Of a DNA stretch of 64,000 nucleotides, positions 44,961 to 55,668 are shown piece after piece. The stretch covers positions 145,581-209,580 of the forward strand of contig JAJYLD010000001.1 in NCBI GenBank assembly GCA_021788015.1. The letters are read 5' to 3'. The notes beneath the pieces were generated by a model, which saw only the letters and a program-made list of their open reading frames with translations, was not told where the DNA came from and made no database searches. Position numbers and translations under genes: made by a program. Every line of letters starts with the position of its first letter. Position 1 is the stretch's first letter. Source of the DNA: a bacterium (GTDB lineage: Bacteria > Patescibacteriota > Patescibacteriia > Patescibacteriales > JAKAJF01).

Positions 44961-45890
44961 ATGATAGAGATTGAAAATTTAAGCAAAAAATTCGGTTCAG
45001 AAATCATTTTGGATAAACTTACCCTTTCGGTTAAAAAAGGCGAAATTTTGGGCTTTTTGGGGCCTAACGGAGCCGGCAAGACGACCACCATGAAAATCGT
45101 CACCTCTTTTTGGCCGGCAAGCGAAGGCGACGTAAAAATTGACGGCATCTCGGTAAACGAAGATTCTCTGAAAACGCGAGCCAAGATCGGTTATTTGCCC
45201 GAAACCGTACCGCTTTACGATGACATGAAGGTGTATGAATATTTAAAGTTTGTCGCCCAAATGCGCGGGATTAAAAAGGAAGATTTTGAAAATAGGATAA
45301 AGGATGTTTCGGAAAGCTGCGGCTTAAATCAAGTGTTAGGCAAGCCGATTGACGAACTCTCGAAAGGTTATCGGCAAAGAGTGGGACTGGCGCAGGCGAT
45401 CATTCATAATCCCGACGTATTGATTTTGGACGAGCCGACGACGGGGCTCGATCCGAACCAAATCGCCGAAATCCGCGATCTCATAAAAAAAATCGGCAAA
45501 GAAAAAACCGTAATTTTTTCGACCCATATTTTAAGCGAAGTGAGCGCCGTTTGCGATCGTGTAATTATTATCAACAAGGGCAAGATTGTCGGCGAAGGAA
45601 CGCCGGGCGAGCTTATACAAAAAGCGGGAAACAAAGAAGTTATTTACGTGAAAATAAAAGGAAATGAAAATGAAGTTTTAAACAAACTTAAAGCTATGGA
45701 AGATGTGGATAGTGTCGAAGAAAAAGACAAAGAATCCGAAGAGATTTACGGATATGAAATCGAGCCGAAAACGGGAGTCGATATTCGCGAAAAATTATCG
45801 AAACTGGTGATGGAATCGGGTTGGAGTATTTTGGAATTCAGTAAAAATACAGTGAGTTTGGAAGATGTATTTAGGGAATTGACGAAGTAA
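44961..45890 (+). CDS. ABC transporter ATP-binding protein (ABC-2/GldA-like)
   Basis: Walker A GPNGAGKTT, signature LSKGYRQRV, Walker B LILDEPTTGLD, H-loop STHIL. Confidence 0.92.
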   Translation: MIEIENLSKKFGSEIILDKLTLSVKKGEILGFLGPNGAGKTTTMKIVTSFWPASEGDVKIDGISVNEDSLKTRAKIGYLPETVPLYDDMKVYEYLKFVAQMRGIKKEDFENRIKDVSESCGLNQVLGKPIDELSKGYRQRVGLAQAIIHNPDVLILDEPTTGLDPNQIAEIRDLIKKIGKEKTVIFSTHILSEVSAVCDRVIIINKGKIVGEGTPGELIQKAGNKEVIYVKIKGNENEVLNKLKAMEDVDSVEEKDKESEEIYGYEIEPKTGVDIREKLSKLVMESGWSILEFSKNTVSLEDVFRELTK

Positions 45891-45914
45891 AAAAATAAAG
45901 TTGTTGTCTCGCTT

Positions 45915-46030
45915 TTAAATGTCTAAATTGTAATTTCTAATTTCTAATAAAATGTTCAATGACAAATTTTAAAATTTAGATACTTTGAAATTTTATTGGA
46001 AATTATAATTTAGAAATTAGAAAATTTTTA
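45915..46030. repeat. AT-rich palindromic intergenic element (TAGAAATT family)
   Basis: TCTAAATTGTAATTTCTAATTTCTAAT (45922-45948) pairs with ATTGGAAATTATAATTTAGAAATTAGAAAA (45996-46024). Confidence 0.8.
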
Positions 46031-46045
46031 GCCCATAATTTTTTT

Positions 46046-46777
46046 ATGTCAAAAGAATATTTTAAAATTATCTGCACTCTTTTTAAGAAGGAACTTGCGA
46101 GTTATTTCAATTCGCCGATCGCTTATATTTTTATCGCCGTTTTTCTGGTTACCGGAAACTGGTTGTTTTTTAATTCGTTTTTTTTGGTAGGCGAGGCGAG
46201 TATGAGAAACTATTTTAATCTTTTGCCTTGGTTTTTCCTCTTTTTGGCACCGGCCCTGACCATGCGCCTTTGGGCGGAAGAAAAAAAATCGGGAACGATC
46301 GAATTTTTATTGACTTTGCCGGTTACCGATTGGCAGGTTGTCCTCGCGAAATTTTTCGGCGCGCTTACATTCATGTTCATAGCTTTGCTCCTTACCTTAA
46401 GCATTCCCATTACAATCGCTTCAATGGGCAATTTGGATTGGGGAGTGATTATCGGAAGCTATCTCGGTTCGTTATTTTTGGGAGGCGCGTATCTGGCTCT
46501 GGGCTTATTTATTTCCAGTCTTACCAAAAATCAAATCATCGCATTCGTCCTCGGTCTTGTCGCTTCTTTCGCCGCATTTATCGTCGGCGCCGATTTCGTA
46601 TTGGCCGGCGCGCCGCAGTTCGCGGTTCCGATTATACAATTCTTGGGCTTGGGCACTCATTTTAACAATATTTCCATGGGCGTAATCGATACGAAAGATA
46701 TCGTTTATTATATTTCATTCATTTTCTTGTTTTTATGGCTGAATGCGAAAGTAATAAGCAAAAGAGAGTGGAAATAA
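46046..46777 (+). CDS. ABC-2 type transporter permease (GldF-like)
   Basis: 243 aa, about 6 TM helices, immediately downstream of the ATPase. Confidence 0.75.
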   Translation: MSKEYFKIICTLFKKELASYFNSPIAYIFIAVFLVTGNWLFFNSFFLVGEASMRNYFNLLPWFFLFLAPALTMRLWAEEKKSGTIEFLLTLPVTDWQVVLAKFFGALTFMFIALLLTLSIPITIASMGNLDWGVIIGSYLGSLFLGGAYLALGLFISSLTKNQIIAFVLGLVASFAAFIVGADFVLAGAPQFAVPIIQFLGLGTHFNNISMGVIDTKDIVYYISFIFLFLWLNAKVISKREWK

Positions 46778-46805
46778 AATAATTTTCAATTTTAAGTGAG
46801 ATGTT

Positions 46806-48329
46806 ATGAACTTAAGCAAGAAAACTAAAATCAATTTAAATTTCGGCGCGACCGTTGTAATTGTCATCGGAATTTTGGCGGTGCTTAATTTTTTCTCTTA
46901 TAACATTTTTCACCGTTTTGATTTGACGCAAAACAAGGATTATTCGCTTTCGAACGAAAGCAAGCAAACGGCGGGGAATTTGAATGATATCGTCAATATA
47001 AATGTTTATTTAAGCGGAAACCTCCCGAGCCAATATGTAAATTTACGCCAGGATATCGGAGATATTCTGGACGAATACGCGAGTTATTCGAAAGGAAAAG
47101 TAAAAGTCGCTTTTATCGATCCGAAAGACGACAAGAATTTGCAAAGCGAGTTGTATGCAGACGGAATTCCCGAATTGCAATTTAACGTTTTGCAAAAAGA
47201 TCAATATCAAGTTGTTAACGGCTACATGGGCATACTCATTCAATACGGGGACAAGAAAGAACCGATTCCGGTCGCGGACAATACAAAAAACTTGGAATAT
47301 GAAATCACCTTGGCCATAAAAAAAGTAACCGGCCAGATAAACGCGAATGTCGGTTTTGCGACAAGCAACGGAATTTTAAGCACGACCAACGATATCAGCG
47401 ACGCCTACAAAAGTATCGCGGACATGTACAATGTGGAAAATGTCGATTTGAATTCAAAAATTCCCGAAGATTTGAACACATTGATAATCGTCGGCCCCAA
47501 GGATAAATTTACAACCGACGAACAGAAAAATATCGACGCTTTTTTGATGCGCGGCGGCTCCATTCTGTTTCTTCTTGACGGCGTAAAGATCGATACCGGC
47601 CTTATCGCTTCGGCGAACAATGTCGGATTGGACAATCTGCTTGAAAATTACGGATTGAAATTGAATCATGATTTGGTTTTGGATACATCCGCGGGAATGG
47701 CATCGTTTACGCAAGGATTTTTATCTTTCGCGACTCCTTATCCTTTCTGGCCCAAGATTACGCAAGAAGGCTTTGATCGGAACGATACCGCGGTGGCCAA
47801 ACTGGGAAGCTTGATTTTGCCCTGGGCATCGAGCGTTGAAACAACGTCTAACATGGACAAAAGCAACAGCGTTTCTTATTTGGTAAAAACCACAAATGAG
47901 GCGTGGAGACAAACAAAGAATTTCGATTTGAATCCGCAGACCGCGTTTAATTCGAAAGACGGAAACAACCAATACGATCTGGCGATTGCGGCGTTTGGAA
48001 AATTCAAAAGCGCTTTCGGAAACGGCGAAACGAATAACGGTCGCATCATTTTGGTCGGAAACAGCCAATTTCTCGAAGATAAATTCCTGAACAATGCCCC
48101 CGATAATTTGGTCTTTTTTCAAAATCTGGTTGACAGCCTGAGTTTAGACCAAGGCATGATCGCGATTCGTTCAAAAGGTTTGACCGAGCGTCCGATTAAA
48201 AATGTTTCGGATGCGGAAAAAGCTTTCGCAAGGTACGGAAACATTTTCGGCTTGACCGTTATCGTTTTGATTTTCGGATTGGCAAGATATTATTTAAGGA
48301 GAAGGATAAAATCGGATAATAACTTTTAA
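46806..48329 (+). CDS. GldG-like ABC transporter auxiliary protein
   Basis: 507 aa with N- and C-terminal TM anchors around a large exported domain, third gene of the ABC cluster. Family assignment rests on architecture and context. Confidence 0.55.
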   Translation: MNLSKKTKINLNFGATVVIVIGILAVLNFFSYNIFHRFDLTQNKDYSLSNESKQTAGNLNDIVNINVYLSGNLPSQYVNLRQDIGDILDEYASYSKGKVKVAFIDPKDDKNLQSELYADGIPELQFNVLQKDQYQVVNGYMGILIQYGDKKEPIPVADNTKNLEYEITLAIKKVTGQINANVGFATSNGILSTTNDISDAYKSIADMYNVENVDLNSKIPEDLNTLIIVGPKDKFTTDEQKNIDAFLMRGGSILFLLDGVKIDTGLIASANNVGLDNLLENYGLKLNHDLVLDTSAGMASFTQGFLSFATPYPFWPKITQEGFDRNDTAVAKLGSLILPWASSVETTSNMDKSNSVSYLVKTTNEAWRQTKNFDLNPQTAFNSKDGNNQYDLAIAAFGKFKSAFGNGETNNGRIILVGNSQFLEDKFLNNAPDNLVFFQNLVDSLSLDQGMIAIRSKGLTERPIKNVSDAEKAFARYGNIFGLTVIVLIFGLARYYLRRRIKSDNNF

Positions 48330-48442
48330 AATTTTTTAATTTTATAATTTTAAAATAATGTCCCAATTTTTAATGACTAAATTTATTTAAAAATTTAGTC
48401 ATTAAAAATTGTTTAAAAATTAAAAATTAAGAATTTAAAATT
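48330..48442. repeat. AT-rich palindromic intergenic element
   Basis: Perfect inner inverted repeat CAATTTTTAATGACTAAATTT / AAATTTAGTCATTAAAAATTG, flanked by AT-rich arms. Confidence 0.8.
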
Positions 48443-48502
48443 AAATCGCGACATCGTTTTGATTATTTAATTTACTAAAATTACTCTTTAGTAATTTGGG
48501 AT

Positions 48503-48769
48503 ATGAAGATATTAAGATTTACTGCCATTTGGTGCATGTACTGCCTTTATATGAAAAGTTTTTGGGAAGAGTTTGAACATGAATTGAACTCTGTTCAAAT
48601 CGAAGAGTTTGATGCCGATGACAATTCCGACATGCATAAAAAATTCAACATCAAAGACGTTCCGACCGTAATCATCACGGACGATAACGATCATGAATTA
48701 ATTCGAATAGAGGGAGCGAAAGAAAAAGATGAATTAAAAAGGTTAATTCAAGACACTATTAAAAAATAA
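48503..48769 (+). CDS. thioredoxin-fold protein (WCMYC motif)
   Basis: 88 aa. FTAIWCMYC (CxxC), then FNIKDVPTVII (cis-Pro loop-like). Confidence 0.65.
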   Translation: MKILRFTAIWCMYCLYMKSFWEEFEHELNSVQIEEFDADDNSDMHKKFNIKDVPTVIITDDNDHELIRIEGAKEKDELKRLIQDTIKK

Positions 48770-48773
48770 TTTT

Positions 48774-49700
48774 ATGCCAGAACAAAATTTATCCAAAGGG
48801 ACAAGAAAAAATTTAATTTTGGGAGCGATTTTGGTCGTGCTTATCGCCCTTGCCTACGCTTATCAAGGGCCTCTCCGAAAATGGCAAAACAGCTTGGGTG
48901 CGCCCGTCAATTTTTTGGCCGGCATCGATACGGCAAAAATCGATAAAATCGAACTGACGCAAAACGGCAAGAGTTACGAGTATGATAAAAATGGCGATAA
49001 TTGGTTCGAAGCGGGAAGCAAGAAATTCCCCCTAACCGAAGGGAAGGTTCAAAGTTTTTTGGATGAATTTAAAAAGGTGCAAAATTCGGCAATAATCCTT
49101 GTCAGCGCGAATAAAAACAAAAAAAGCGATTTTCAAACCGACAATTCCGGAGTTGAGGTTAAACTAAGCGGAAATAATGTTTCCATAGATTTTGTCTCTG
49201 GAAAATTGGGAAGCGATTTTATTTCGACATACGTCTCGAAATCGGATTCTAACGAAACATATTCCGTAAAAGGCGCTTTGGCGAGCTATTTGGAAAATCC
49301 GGATTGGCGAGATCCCACAATTTTTTCTTCCGACGAAACTAATATTACAAAGATTAGGTTTCAGTATCCCGGCCGACAATTTACGATTGAAAAAAAGAAT
49401 AATAAATGGGTCGGATCGTCCGGTTTGATTTTGAATGCAAACAAAGTTAATGCGGTTTTATCCGAAATGTCGGTTTTGTATGCGGCGGAAATTCCCGATC
49501 AGACATTTGCGGGAACCGGCTTGGAAAAACATTCGATTATCGTGGAAGCTGGCGGGAAGGGGATTGATAATGTGATTATGATCGGCGATAAAAATAAAGA
49601 AGGTTTGTATTATGCGAAAACCGGAAAGAGCGACAATATTTATTTGATTACGCAGAAAGATCGGGATGCTTTAAATAAAAAAGTTGCGGATTTGGAATAA
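48774..49700 (+). CDS. membrane-anchored exported protein (DUF4340-like, typical partner of GldG-like genes)
   Basis: N-terminal anchor LILGAILVVLIALAYAY. Assignment is based on position after the GldG-like gene and is tentative. Confidence 0.4.
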   Translation: MPEQNLSKGTRKNLILGAILVVLIALAYAYQGPLRKWQNSLGAPVNFLAGIDTAKIDKIELTQNGKSYEYDKNGDNWFEAGSKKFPLTEGKVQSFLDEFKKVQNSAIILVSANKNKKSDFQTDNSGVEVKLSGNNVSIDFVSGKLGSDFISTYVSKSDSNETYSVKGALASYLENPDWRDPTIFSSDETNITKIRFQYPGRQFTIEKKNNKWVGSSGLILNANKVNAVLSEMSVLYAAEIPDQTFAGTGLEKHSIIVEAGGKGIDNVIMIGDKNKEGLYYAKTGKSDNIYLITQKDRDALNKKVADLE

Positions 49701-49706
49701 TCAAAT

Positions 49707-50192
49707 ATGAACAGTTACGAAAAAAATAATCCGCTGGAAATGCCAGGAAATAAAATCGAAAATAAAAAGATTCCATTGGAAGTTTTGGATCAGAGAAACC
49801 CTAATTTTTCTTCACAATTTAACTTGGATGGTTTTCTTACCGATCTTAATATTCTCATGACTGATAAAAGTTTATTTCTTGATCAACAAAGTAAATACGG
49901 GAAATATTTTCAGCATGCGACAGCAGAATCGAACCATTTGTCAGAAAGCCTTAGGCAAGCAAAAGCTATCCGAATAACCATAACTAATCACGTAATTCCG
50001 CAACATTTAGAACCGGGAGTAAATGCCACAATTGTGACCATAGATACGATTATAGACGAAAAAAACGGAAGGCGTACAGTCTTAAGGTTTAATGAAGATG
50101 GTACTTATCGTTCTGGTTCGGGGACGCGAGGTATTAAAATGAGGGAGCCAAAAGAACTGGAAGGCGCTCCTCTTATTACGGATGAACAGTAA
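49707..50192 (+). CDS. hypothetical protein (161 aa)
   Basis: Clean ORF, no motif recognised. Confidence 0.45.
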   Translation: MNSYEKNNPLEMPGNKIENKKIPLEVLDQRNPNFSSQFNLDGFLTDLNILMTDKSLFLDQQSKYGKYFQHATAESNHLSESLRQAKAIRITITNHVIPQHLEPGVNATIVTIDTIIDEKNGRRTVLRFNEDGTYRSGSGTRGIKMREPKELEGAPLITDEQ

Positions 50193-50270
50193 AAATTATG
50201 GATAAATAATCAAAATAAAAAATTTAGCGGAGGGTCATCATCGGGCCCTTTTTCTCATTATTCTATTTTG

Positions 50271-50279
50271 TGTTATAAT
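50271..50279 (+). promoter_or_regulatory. extended -10 promoter element (TGTTATAAT) upstream of the PfkB kinase gene
   Basis: Carries the same 16-nt string TTTTGTGTTATAATAA as the pgk upstream region. Confidence 0.4.
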
Positions 50280-50297
50280 AAAATCAAACACAAACCC

Positions 50298-51302
50298 ATG
50301 CTTCATAAAATTTTTAAACGTAAAAAATTCGATATTCTTACGATCGGCGGAGCGACCGAGGATTACGCCTTGCATACCGATGAAGGCGTGCTTATTAAAA
50401 ATTCCGAAGACGTTTTAAGGCAAAGACTTCTCGGATTTGAATATGGGGCCAAGATTAACATCACAAAAACCAATCTCTCCTTCGGCGGCGGAGCGGCGAA
50501 CGCGTCCGTGGCGGCGAGTCTCCTGGGCTTGAAGTCCGCTTGTCTTGCGGCGGTCGGCCACGACGGTCGCGGCGAAAGAATAATTAAAAATTTAGAACGT
50601 AAAAAAGTCAATGCTTCTTTGGTGCGGGGAGTCAAAGGTACGGATTCTGGCCTTTCCTTTTTGCTTGTCGGCAACGATCATGAGCATATCGTCTTTTCGT
50701 CGCGAGGCGCGAACAGCTTCCTAAAAATAAACGGCCGTGATTTAAAAAATTGCAACTTATCAAAATGGCTTTATCTGACTTCGCTTTCGGGAGAATGGGA
50801 AGATGCGCTTAAAAATGTTTTTAAAACAAAAAACGCCGCGATCGCTTGGAATCCCGGCCATGTTCAGCTCAAAGCGGGAGTGAAAAAAATCGGAAAATAT
50901 TTAAAAAAGACCGGTGTTTTAATCGTGAATAAGGACGAAGCGATCGAACTCGCGGTCTCCGACAAAAAATTCAAAAGAAAACCGGAAGAATTTTTAAACG
51001 AAATGGATAACTTGCTTTCGATTTTGAAATCATTCGGCCCGAAAATCGTCGTCATCACGAACGGAAAATTCGGCGCGCACGCTTTTGACGGCAAAATAAA
51101 TTATTTCCAGCCGGTAGAACAGGAGAAAAAAAAGGTCGATACGACCGGCGTCGGCGACGCTTTCGGCTCTTCTTTCATATCCGGTCTCATACTTTATAAA
51201 AATGACATAAAAAAAGCTTTGCATCTGGGGGCCAGAAATACCGCTTCGGCCATAGGCCATGAAGGAGCGCAGAACGGATTACTTACCAAGAGAGATTTAT
51301 AA
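50298..51302 (+). CDS. PfkB family carbohydrate kinase
   Basis: N-terminal ILTIGGATEDY, GGGAANASVA, C-terminal signature DTTGVGDAFGSSFISG. ATG 50298 is preferred. Confidence 0.85.
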   Translation: MLHKIFKRKKFDILTIGGATEDYALHTDEGVLIKNSEDVLRQRLLGFEYGAKINITKTNLSFGGGAANASVAASLLGLKSACLAAVGHDGRGERIIKNLERKKVNASLVRGVKGTDSGLSFLLVGNDHEHIVFSSRGANSFLKINGRDLKNCNLSKWLYLTSLSGEWEDALKNVFKTKNAAIAWNPGHVQLKAGVKKIGKYLKKTGVLIVNKDEAIELAVSDKKFKRKPEEFLNEMDNLLSILKSFGPKIVVITNGKFGAHAFDGKINYFQPVEQEKKKVDTTGVGDAFGSSFISGLILYKNDIKKALHLGARNTASAIGHEGAQNGLLTKRDL

Positions 51303-51310
51303 TAAATAAT

Positions 51311-53332
51311 ATGAAGCTAAAAACATTCTTATATCCAAAAAGCATAGCTCTTATCGGCGCTTCCCGGCACAGAGAAAAAGTCGGGTTTCAAATTTTGAAC
51401 AATTTGATTATTAACGGCTATAAGGGGAAAATTTATCCGATCAATCTGAATGAAAAGATAATTCTCGGTTTGAAAGCGTATAAAAGCGTGACCGATTTAA
51501 AAAAAGCCGATCTGGCGGTTGTCGCCATCCCTTCCCAATTCGTGGCGGAGGAAATAAAGAAATGCGCGCGCAAAGGCATAAAAAATATAATCATAATCAG
51601 CGCCGGTTTTTCGGAAGTCAACGCCGAAGGGAAGGCGCGAGAAATGGAAATCCAAAAATTGGCCGTCAAGCATAAACTCAATATCCTGGGGCCGAATTGT
51701 TTCGGCATCATCAATACGGAAAATAATTTAAACGCGACTTTCGCCAAACCGAAAAATAAAAAAGGAGATATCGCTTTTATCACCCAGTCCGGAGCAATCG
51801 CGAGCGCCGTTTTGGATTGGGTTCAGGATAAAAATATCGGTTTCTCGAAATTTGTCAGCCTCGGAAACGAAGCCGGTCTCGATGCGGATGATTTTTTTGA
51901 ATTTTTCATAAGAGACAAGGAATCCAAAATTGTCGCCGCCTATCTCGAAGAAATCAACGACGGCAAAAAATTCATGGAAGTCGTTTCCCGTCTGGTGAAA
52001 GTAAAACCGGTGGCGATTTTAAAAAGCGGAAAAACGAAGGCGGGCGCCAGCGCGGCCATGTCTCACACGGGAAGCTTGGCTGGGTCGTACGAAGCGATAA
52101 GAACCGGATTAAGGCGGGTCGGCGCGATCGAATTGAACGATCTTGAAGATATGTTCGACTTGTTTTTGTTTTTGGAAAAAGCGAATAAAATAAAAAATAA
52201 TGAAATCGCTTTAGTTTCGAATGCCGGCGGACCCTTGGTTGCGACTACCGATTTGATCGAAAATAGCAATCTGAAATTCAGCCAATTTTCGGAAAAATTG
52301 AAAAAGAAACTTAAAAATATCTTGCCTCCGGTCGCTACAATAAAAAACCCGCTTGATATAATAGGCGATGCGGACGCGAAAAGATACGAGCTTGCTCTTG
52401 AAAATATTTTAAAATACGATTCCGCGAGCAGCGTGATCGTCATTTTAACTCCGCAAACTTCGACGGAGATAGAAAAAACGGCCCTAATAATCGCAAAACT
52501 CTCAAAAAAATACAAGAATAAAAATATTTATACGAGTTTTATCGGCGGCGAATCGTTAAAGAAAGCAAAATTAGTTTTAGAAAAGGCGGGTGTTTTGGAT
52601 TTTGAATTTCCGAATAAAATAATTTCAAGTCTTTCCCGAGCGGTTTTCGCAAAAAACGGAAGGAAATTAAAAATTTATAAAAGCTTGGATGCGAAATCGA
52701 CGGAAGCTGAAAACAAGCAGCTTGACTTTCTGCGTTCGATAAAAATTTTGAAATCTTATAAAATTCCTTTTGTCAGAACCGTAAAAATCAAAAATATTGA
52801 CGATTTGAAAAAAATAAAATATCCCGCCGTGCTCAAGGTGACCGGGAAAAATTTGATTCATAAAACGGAAGAGAAAGCGGTCGACTTGAATTTAGGAAAT
52901 CGGGCCGCCGCCGAAAAAGCTTTTCACGGTTTTAAAAAATTGCTTGAGGAAAAAGAAAATTATTGTATAGCCCAACCCATGGTCCGAGGCGAAATAGAGA
53001 TGATAGCCGGATTTAAAAGGGACAAGTCTTTCGGTCCGATTTTAATGGTCGGCATGGGCGGGATTTATACGGAAGTTTTTAAAGATGTGCAAACCGAAAT
53101 TGATGATTTGAATCCGGAAAGGGAAGAAGATATGTTGGAAAAATTGAAGATATATCCGATTTTGAAAGGAGCGCGCGGGCGGGATGGCGTAAATTTGGAG
53201 ATGTTGAAAAAAGTTTTGACAAATTTGGCCCGTCTGGCTCGGGAAAGGGGAGAAATCCAAGAGCTTGATATCAATCCCTTGATTCTCGGTAAAGACGAAG
53301 TCATGGCGACTGATATCAGAATGATAATTTAA
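51311..53332 (+). CDS. acetate--CoA ligase (ADP-forming) / acyl-CoA synthetase, fused alpha-beta
   Basis: CoA-binding PKSIALIGAS, ITQSGAIASAVLDW, phospho-His loop MSHTGSLAG, C-terminal ATP-grasp region. Confidence 0.85.
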   Translation: MKLKTFLYPKSIALIGASRHREKVGFQILNNLIINGYKGKIYPINLNEKIILGLKAYKSVTDLKKADLAVVAIPSQFVAEEIKKCARKGIKNIIIISAGFSEVNAEGKAREMEIQKLAVKHKLNILGPNCFGIINTENNLNATFAKPKNKKGDIAFITQSGAIASAVLDWVQDKNIGFSKFVSLGNEAGLDADDFFEFFIRDKESKIVAAYLEEINDGKKFMEVVSRLVKVKPVAILKSGKTKAGASAAMSHTGSLAGSYEAIRTGLRRVGAIELNDLEDMFDLFLFLEKANKIKNNEIALVSNAGGPLVATTDLIENSNLKFSQFSEKLKKKLKNILPPVATIKNPLDIIGDADAKRYELALENILKYDSASSVIVILTPQTSTEIEKTALIIAKLSKKYKNKNIYTSFIGGESLKKAKLVLEKAGVLDFEFPNKIISSLSRAVFAKNGRKLKIYKSLDAKSTEAENKQLDFLRSIKILKSYKIPFVRTVKIKNIDDLKKIKYPAVLKVTGKNLIHKTEEKAVDLNLGNRAAAEKAFHGFKKLLEEKENYCIAQPMVRGEIEMIAGFKRDKSFGPILMVGMGGIYTEVFKDVQTEIDDLNPEREEDMLEKLKIYPILKGARGRDGVNLEMLKKVLTNLARLARERGEIQELDINPLILGKDEVMATDIRMII

Positions 53333-54942
53333 TGTTCAAGAAATTATTTTCCGGACAAATCAACAGTATTACCACGGCCGCTATACTAGTGGCCTTTTCT
53401 TCGTTAATGTCTCGTTTTTTGGGGATTTTTCGAGATCGGATTCTTGCCGGTCAATTCGGCGCGACAAACACTCTCGACATGTATTACGCCGCTTTTCGCG
53501 TCCCCGATTTCCTTTATAATCTTTTGATTTTGGGCGCGCTTTCCGCCGGATTTATTCCCATTTTCACGCTCATAAAGGAAAAAGCCGAAGAGAAAGAAGC
53601 GTGGAATTTTGTCAGCAATATTTTAAACATCATCGCCGTTTTTTTTATCGCCGTTTCCGCGCTTGGCGTAATTTTCGCCTTGCCGCTTACCAAACTGATA
53701 GCTCCCGGTTTTTCCCCTCTCGACCAGAGAACCACGGCCGCACTCACGAGAATAATGTTTCTATCGCCGTTTTTTCTCGGACTCTCGGGGGTGGTCGGCG
53801 GCGTTTTGCAAACTTACAAACGATTTTTTGTTTATTCGTTGGCTCCTATTTTTTATAACATAGGCATAATCATCGGCGCGTTGTTTTTTGTTCCCGTTTG
53901 GGGCATATACGGCCTGGCCTGGGGAGTCGTTTTGGGCGCTTTGATGCATATGTCCGTGCAGTTGCCGACGCTGTTCGGCCTCGGATATAAATATTCTCCG
54001 CGCTTCAATTTAAAAAGCAAAAATGTTCGCCATATCGTCAAAATCATGATTCCGCGAACCATGAGCTTGGCAACGACCCAAATCAACCTGCTCGTAATCA
54101 CGATTATCGCCTCGACCCTCGCCAGCGGTTCGCTCGCCATTTTTAATTTCGCGAGCAACTTGCAAACTTTCCCCGTCGGCATTTTCGCGATTTCTTTCGC
54201 CATCGCCGCTTTTCCGACTTTTTCATCGTTCGCTTTCGACAAAAAGAAATTGGTTGAAAATTTTTCTTCGTCTTCGCGCCAAATCCTTTTTTTTATTTTA
54301 CCGTCGATGGTTCTTTTGTATACTTTGCGCGCCCAAATTATCCGCGTCGTTTTGGGAACGGGACGTTTCAATTGGACGGATACGATTTTGACCATGACCG
54401 CTCTCGGCTATTTTTCTTTTTCATTGTTCGCTCAAAGCCTTGTTCCGCTTCTGGTACGAGTTTTTTACGCGCGACACGATTCAAAAACGCCGTTTTTAAT
54501 CGGGCTCATTTCCGACGGTTCGAATGTTTTTCTTTCCTTTTGGCTCGGGCATAAAATGGGCGTGGCCGGACTGGCGCTCGCGTTTTCAATCGCCAATATC
54601 ATTTATTTCGCGATACTTTGGATCGTTTTGCGGGCGGAGCTCGGGACACTGGACGAACTGAAGATCGCTTTTTCGACTTTGAAATTCGCGGCCGCGGCCG
54701 CTATGAGCGCGGGAGTGATTCAGGTAATGAAGCTGGCTGTTTTGCCGTTTATAAACATGAACAAAACATGGGGTGTTTTTATGCAGGGTTTTATCGCGGG
54801 AGGAGTGGGAATTTTAGTTTACCTTTTGATTTGTTATATTTTGAAAAGCGAAGAATTGTTTAATTTCGCTCGCGGCATAAAAAGGCGCATGCCCTGGCGG
54901 AAACTGGAAATTCCGGATCAGGGGGAAGCTAGAGGAATTTAA
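53332..54942 (+). CDS. murJ: lipid II flippase MurJ
   Basis: SRFLGIFRDRILAGQFGA, DMYYAAFRVPDFLYNLL, about 14 TM helices. The start overlaps the preceding stop (ATGA-type junction). Confidence 0.9.
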   Translation: MFKKLFSGQINSITTAAILVAFSSLMSRFLGIFRDRILAGQFGATNTLDMYYAAFRVPDFLYNLLILGALSAGFIPIFTLIKEKAEEKEAWNFVSNILNIIAVFFIAVSALGVIFALPLTKLIAPGFSPLDQRTTAALTRIMFLSPFFLGLSGVVGGVLQTYKRFFVYSLAPIFYNIGIIIGALFFVPVWGIYGLAWGVVLGALMHMSVQLPTLFGLGYKYSPRFNLKSKNVRHIVKIMIPRTMSLATTQINLLVITIIASTLASGSLAIFNFASNLQTFPVGIFAISFAIAAFPTFSSFAFDKKKLVENFSSSSRQILFFILPSMVLLYTLRAQIIRVVLGTGRFNWTDTILTMTALGYFSFSLFAQSLVPLLVRVFYARHDSKTPFLIGLISDGSNVFLSFWLGHKMGVAGLALAFSIANIIYFAILWIVLRAELGTLDELKIAFSTLKFAAAAAMSAGVIQVMKLAVLPFINMNKTWGVFMQGFIAGGVGILVYLLICYILKSEELFNFARGIKRRMPWRKLEIPDQGEARGI

Positions 54943-54975
54943 ATTAGGAATTAGGAATTAGGGATTAGGAATTAG
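54942..54975 (+). repeat. tandem heptamer AATTAGG x5
   Basis: AATTAGG AATTAGG AATTAGG GATTAGG AATTAG, directly after the murJ stop. Confidence 0.8.
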
Positions 54976-55073
54976 TTTCCTTTCTTAGTAAGAGGGCCAG
55001 GAGATTTATTATGTTCGCTCAGGCGGCTCGGCCCGGATAGCATTTTGACATAATAGCATGATAATATAAAATT

Positions 55074-55487
55074 ATGAATATTGAAAATGTTAATAAAATT
55101 AAATCAGTGTTATCAAAAATTGAATCTGAAGAAATAAGAATTAAATTACGTAGAGCTGTTAAAGGTTGGGGTCGCGGTGATTTAGATGAGGCATTTGAAT
55201 TATATGAAGAATTCGGTTTGGGCGTTTTTAGAAAGCTCCCAGAAACATATTGGCGAATAAAAAAAGATACTATTCAATTATTTAGGGCCATAAGCGAAGA
55301 AGAATTACAAAGAGGTCCTTATAGATTTGCAGGAACAGATATGGAAAAAATTCAAAGATTAACTTCATGGTCAAGAAACAGAAAATTTGTTGAGGAATGG
55401 GCAGGTAAAGAAAAAATAGCTTCAGGCAGAAACGGCATTGTAATCTGCATGGAAGCAGAGCAAAATGATATAGCTTTTTTCCGGTAA
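55074..55487 (+). CDS. hypothetical protein (137 aa)
   Basis: Clean ORF behind a possible TTGACA...TATAAA promoter. No motif recognised. Confidence 0.45.
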   Translation: MNIENVNKIKSVLSKIESEEIRIKLRRAVKGWGRGDLDEAFELYEEFGLGVFRKLPETYWRIKKDTIQLFRAISEEELQRGPYRFAGTDMEKIQRLTSWSRNRKFVEEWAGKEKIASGRNGIVICMEAEQNDIAFFR

Positions 55488-55668
55488 ATTCTCCTCATTA
55501 CAAAACCGAAGAAGAAGTTGTTATAGCTGACCATTATTTAAAAAAAGACAAGTTAAAAAATATCAATGATTCGGAATAACTCACTGACTCCTGAACCCGG
55601 AGTCTAAATGCAGATGTTTGACGGTTTGGATAATTTTAGATAAAATTTCGACAAAGGGGGGAGAAAAA

